A stretch of DNA of 61,251 nt, the filler included, from Thelocarpon superellum (lineage: Eukaryota), in NCBI GenBank assembly GCA_026025795.1. It is 3 parts of 3 records of this genome, joined end to end, with 100 filler letters (N's around TTAATTAATTAA, not from the genome) between each part and the next. Parts side by side here need not be neighbours in the genome. Positions count along the whole stretch, not along the records: positions 40,952 to 61,251 come from JAPEUG010000328.1; 2 more parts are not named here. The stretch is one strand, 5' to 3'. The position numbers and the translations under genes are program-made. Positions 57,625 through 61,251 of the stretch are shown here, one piece after another (the stretch's first letter is position 1; the number at the start of each line of letters is the position of its first letter). The notes beneath the pieces were generated by a model. That model saw nothing but the letters and a program-made list of their open reading frames with translations, made no database searches and had not been told where the DNA came from.

Positions 57625-60600
57625 ATGGCTGGCGGCGCCGACGACACTCCGCCCTCCCCGACACCCTACAACCCTCCGTCGCTCCCACGCTCTCCCATCC
57701 CTCCGTCGCAGACGCCGGCACAGCTCGATCGTGGGAGCGCTTCCTCGTCCTCGCTAGCGCCATCGCTTCACCCCCCGGCGCCCTCGGCCGTGGCCTCGCC
57801 CGATGCGCCGGCACCACGCCTCCGCTCCCAGCGACAGGTGAGCAAGGGAAAAGAAAAGGCCACGGGAAAGGGACGGGACAAGGCCAAGGACCACAGGAAG
57901 GGTCGGGACAAGGAAAAGGGCTCCCCGCCGGTGATGCCCCCGCCCATTGCCCCCGCCCCACCGGCGTCAGCTCTGGCCACGACCATTCCATCCGGCCCGG
58001 CCATCGCCCTGGCCGCGCCGCTGCAGCCGGTCGCCGTGCTCCGGCCAGGCGGGCACGCGGTGCCTAAGATCCCCATCCCGAGGCTCCCCCGCGAGTACGA
58101 CGTCGAGACGCCGGGAGGCTTCCGCGAGGGCCGGGACAAGCACCGCGTGAGTCACGCCTGCGAACCGTGTCGCTCCCGCAAGACCAAGTGCACCGGGGAA
58201 CGCCCCACATGCAAGCACTGCCAGGAGTATCGACTGCGCTGCTTCTACGGCGATGGCAAGCGGGATCGGGCCAGAAAGTACCTCCGCTCGCCCGCCGCCG
58301 TGCGCTTGCCCCGGCTGACGAGCGATCCAGAGAGCTATATGATCTCCAGGACAAGGTCGACGAGTACGAGCGCCTGCTGCGCGACCTCAGTCGCATTGGC
58401 GACCCCGCCACGCAGATGGCCATCCAAACCCGCCTGGCCTCGGTAGGTTGCCGCGCTCGTCCGGCTCTCGCGCTACCGCGCTCCACACTGACCGGGATCA
58501 GCCGGAGCTGGGGGGGGACGATGACGCCAGTGCCCTCTCCTACCATGCGCGAAAGCGACTGCACGCCTCGGCGCGAGCCGCCATCGCGTATGAAAGCGGC
58601 GGTGACGGTCCAAAGGGGGAGGATCTGGTCTCGGCCGAGGTGGGGTCGACCGGCTCCATGGACCACGTCACCGAGGACTTTGATCGAGACGAGGACGCCG
58701 TTCAGGCCGGCTACTTTGGGAAGACGTCCGACGTCGCGTGGATCCATCGGGCCAGGACGCTCGCCGATGCCGAGACCGATGCCGTGGCTGGGCCCGAGCA
58801 CGGGGGATCAGGCCCACCGCCGCTGCGTGCGCGCCCTTTCGAGTCGCGCACGCCTTCCGACCGCCGGTCGCGAGATCAGCAGGACTACAAGCACCGTCCC
58901 TCAACCTATCATCTGGATGACCTCCAGCCGTCGCTCGTCGATCCCGTCGGCGAGTGGAACCTGCCCCCCAAGGAGGTGGCGGATACCTTCGTCGAGGCCT
59001 ACTTCGCCACGGTGCATCCGTGCTTTCCGCTGCTGCACAAAGCTCGCTTCCTCGACTCCTACGACCAATGCTACCGCTCTTCTGCTGCGGCCGGTGGCCG
59101 ACGGTGGCGCGCCATGCTCAACCTGATTCTAGCCATTGGCGCCAAGTATGCCATCCTGGTGCAAGCCGATCTGGGTGACGAACGGGACCACCTCATCTTC
59201 TTCACCCGCGCTCGTGCCCTAAGCCTCGACCGCGGCCCTCTCTGGGACGTGGGCGATCTAGAGCAAGTGCAGATGCTCGGGGTGACCGTCATGTACTTGA
59301 TGGCCTCCAATCAGACCAACCGGTGAGTGTCCGCCGGCGAGGGTCGGTCCGGCAGCGGCGAATCGTGCTGATGGAAGGCCTCCCTAGCGCGTGGTACATC
59401 TCCGGCCTGGCGGTGCGATATGCACAGGCCTTGGGCCTCCACCTGCGCAACGAGGCCCGGTCGTACCGCATGTCCCGGGCGCGCAAGGAGCAAGCCGTGC
59501 GGGTCTGGTGGGCCCTCTACTCGCTGGAGAACTTGCTCGGCACCATGACCGGTCGTCCGAGCGCCGTCATGGACCGGGAGATCACCACGCCTCTTCCCCC
59601 GCCCAGTGAAGAGGAGAGCCCCGGCCGCTTCGACGAGGCCTCGTCCGGCGCGGCCTCAAGCGCCAGCCCACACACGTCGGCCTCGCGCTTTGCCTCACGC
59701 TCGCCAGACGAGCCCCGACCACGCTCCTCGACGCGCTCCAGCCCGCCGTTACGCCCGCCGTCGGCCTGGCCGTCCTCGAGGCGCTTCCCCTCGTCTAGGT
59801 CGCCCGGCTCGACGCCGCTCACGCCCGCGACCTTCTTCCTCCTGCGCACCAAGCTGCATCGGTTGATTCATCATGTCTCGTCTGATCTGTACCACGTCGG
59901 CGCGGCGCGCTATTCCTGGTCACGCACGCAGCGATCCATCAGCACGCACCTCGACGCCCTGGAACAGTGGCAGGTCGCGCTCCCGAATGCATACGACTTT
60001 CGCAAGAGCCATCCAGATCCCTCGTACCTACGAGAACGGCTGGACCTGGGGATGCTGTACTGGAGCGCCATCCTCCTGCTCGGTCGACCGTGTCTCTGCC
60101 GCTTCGAGGGCAAGATCCCCAACGAGAGCTTGGCATCGCAAGAATTCAATCGCGTCACCGCCGTCCGATGCGTGAGCGCCGCGCGCGAGTTCTTGAAGTT
60201 GCTCCCGGACGAGCCTGACCCCCCGGGCTTGTACGGCGCGGCGCCGTGGTGGGGTGTGCTACACCACCTGTCGCAGGCGGCCAGCGTCATCATGCTCGAG
60301 TTGTGCTTTCGCGCCCAGCACGTCCCCGCCGAGGCCCACGAGGTGCTGGCCGACGCCAAGAAGGCCGTGAACTGGCTTCGGGCCATGGCGCGCCAGAGCG
60401 TGGCCGCCGACCGGGCCTGGCACCTCCTCGATGGCCTCCTCCAGCGCGTGGCGCCGGGCGTGGGCGGCGACACGTCGGAGATGCCGCACCTCAGTTCGCG
60501 CCGGACGACCGCGACGCCGCCCTCCTCCCTTGCGCTGATGCTCTCCAGCCCCACGCAAGCCGAGACCTTTGGCATGTGGCAACAGAGCGAAGAGCAGCAG

Positions 60601-60900
60601 CGCCTCTTCCGCGAGGTCGAAGACGCCCTCGGCGAATCCTTCCTCTACGGCACCGCCCCCCTCTTTCTCGACCCGACGGCGGGCCCCGGGTACGACACGC
60701 CAGATCCCTCCATGCCTGCCATTCCACCCCCGCTTCCCCCCCTCCCAGTCGCGACGGGCCCCCCCCCGTCGTTGGGCCCGATCCTGAACTGGTCGCCCGG
60801 CGCACCATTGCAGCTATCTCCATCTCAACCTCCGCTGCAGCCACGAACTTCTGGCCGGACGATCGCCGGCTCCACGGAGGACGATGCCATGCGTCCCTGA
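57625..60900 (+). CDS. Zn(II)2Cys6 transcription factor with fungal middle-homology domain (4 exons)
   Basis: 'ACEPCRSRKTKCTGERPTCKHCQEYRLRCFY'; 'GYFGKTS', 'YFATVHPCFPLL', 'AVRYAQALGLHL', 'RVWWALYSLE......GRP'. Introns near 58279-58330, 58443-58500 and 59323-59388. Confidence 0.93.
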
Positions 60901-61251
60901 AGCGACGCCATTCAACCAGGCCCTGCCTTCTCAGGACCGCTCACGACGCGACTGGAGAATTGGATATGCATGGAGAAAGCGTCGAGACTCTAACTTTCCC
61001 CTGTTTCCCACTTTTGGAGGTAAGTATAGTCTTTCTTCGCTCCGCTTCGCCCCTTCGCTTCCCTCGGCCTTACTTCTCGTCTCCTCTCCCATTCCCTTTG
61101 TCCCTGTTCCTCTTCTCTCTCCCTCAGTCTCCATGCATTCAGCTCTGGTCTTCGACAGGTGGGTGGACGGTGGGTCGATCAGGATCAAGGCTTCGTTTCC
61201 ATTACGAGTTACGACGAGACGCCCTCCGCGTGATTCAACAGTCACCCATGT

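Overview
Eukaryotic, intron-rich, GC-rich filamentous-ascomycete (Pezizomycotina-type) DNA. The window is not continuous. It is three ~20.3-kb segments (1-20433, 20534-40851, 40952-61251) joined by identical artificial 100-nt spacers (44 N + TTAATTAATTAA + 44 N), so synteny across the joins is meaningless. By hand-splicing GT-AG introns I support 21 protein-coding genes. Most are housekeeping: alpha-arrestin, alpha/beta-hydrolase, GH47 mannosidase, AIF-like Rieske oxidoreductase, coilin-like protein, TRS33, SIZ/PIAS SUMO ligase, DUF2423, GPI7, RMP1, Mei2-like, SEC15, HAP5/HapE, RBR E3 ligase, CENP-O, acetyl-CoA transporter, YAE1, CAB2 and a Zn2Cys6 factor. There is also one uncharacterised Cys-rich secreted protein. 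The standout is a ~2015-aa gene (9248-15804) with an N-terminal sacsin/NOV-type GHKL ATPase and a C-terminal PD-(D/E)xK-like (DUF3883/NOV-C-type) domain. Between them is a tandem array of four diverged ~106-111-aa repeats (CVW-x11-L-x3-Y). Each repeat begins its own exon, whose length is a multiple of 3 and which is bounded by phase-2 introns. This looks like a modular, exon-duplicated and potentially exon-skippable ATPase-nuclease, a candidate fungal defence/cell-death system (inference). No rRNA, tRNA, CRISPR array or transposon could be supported. All family assignments are from motif recognition; no searches were run.
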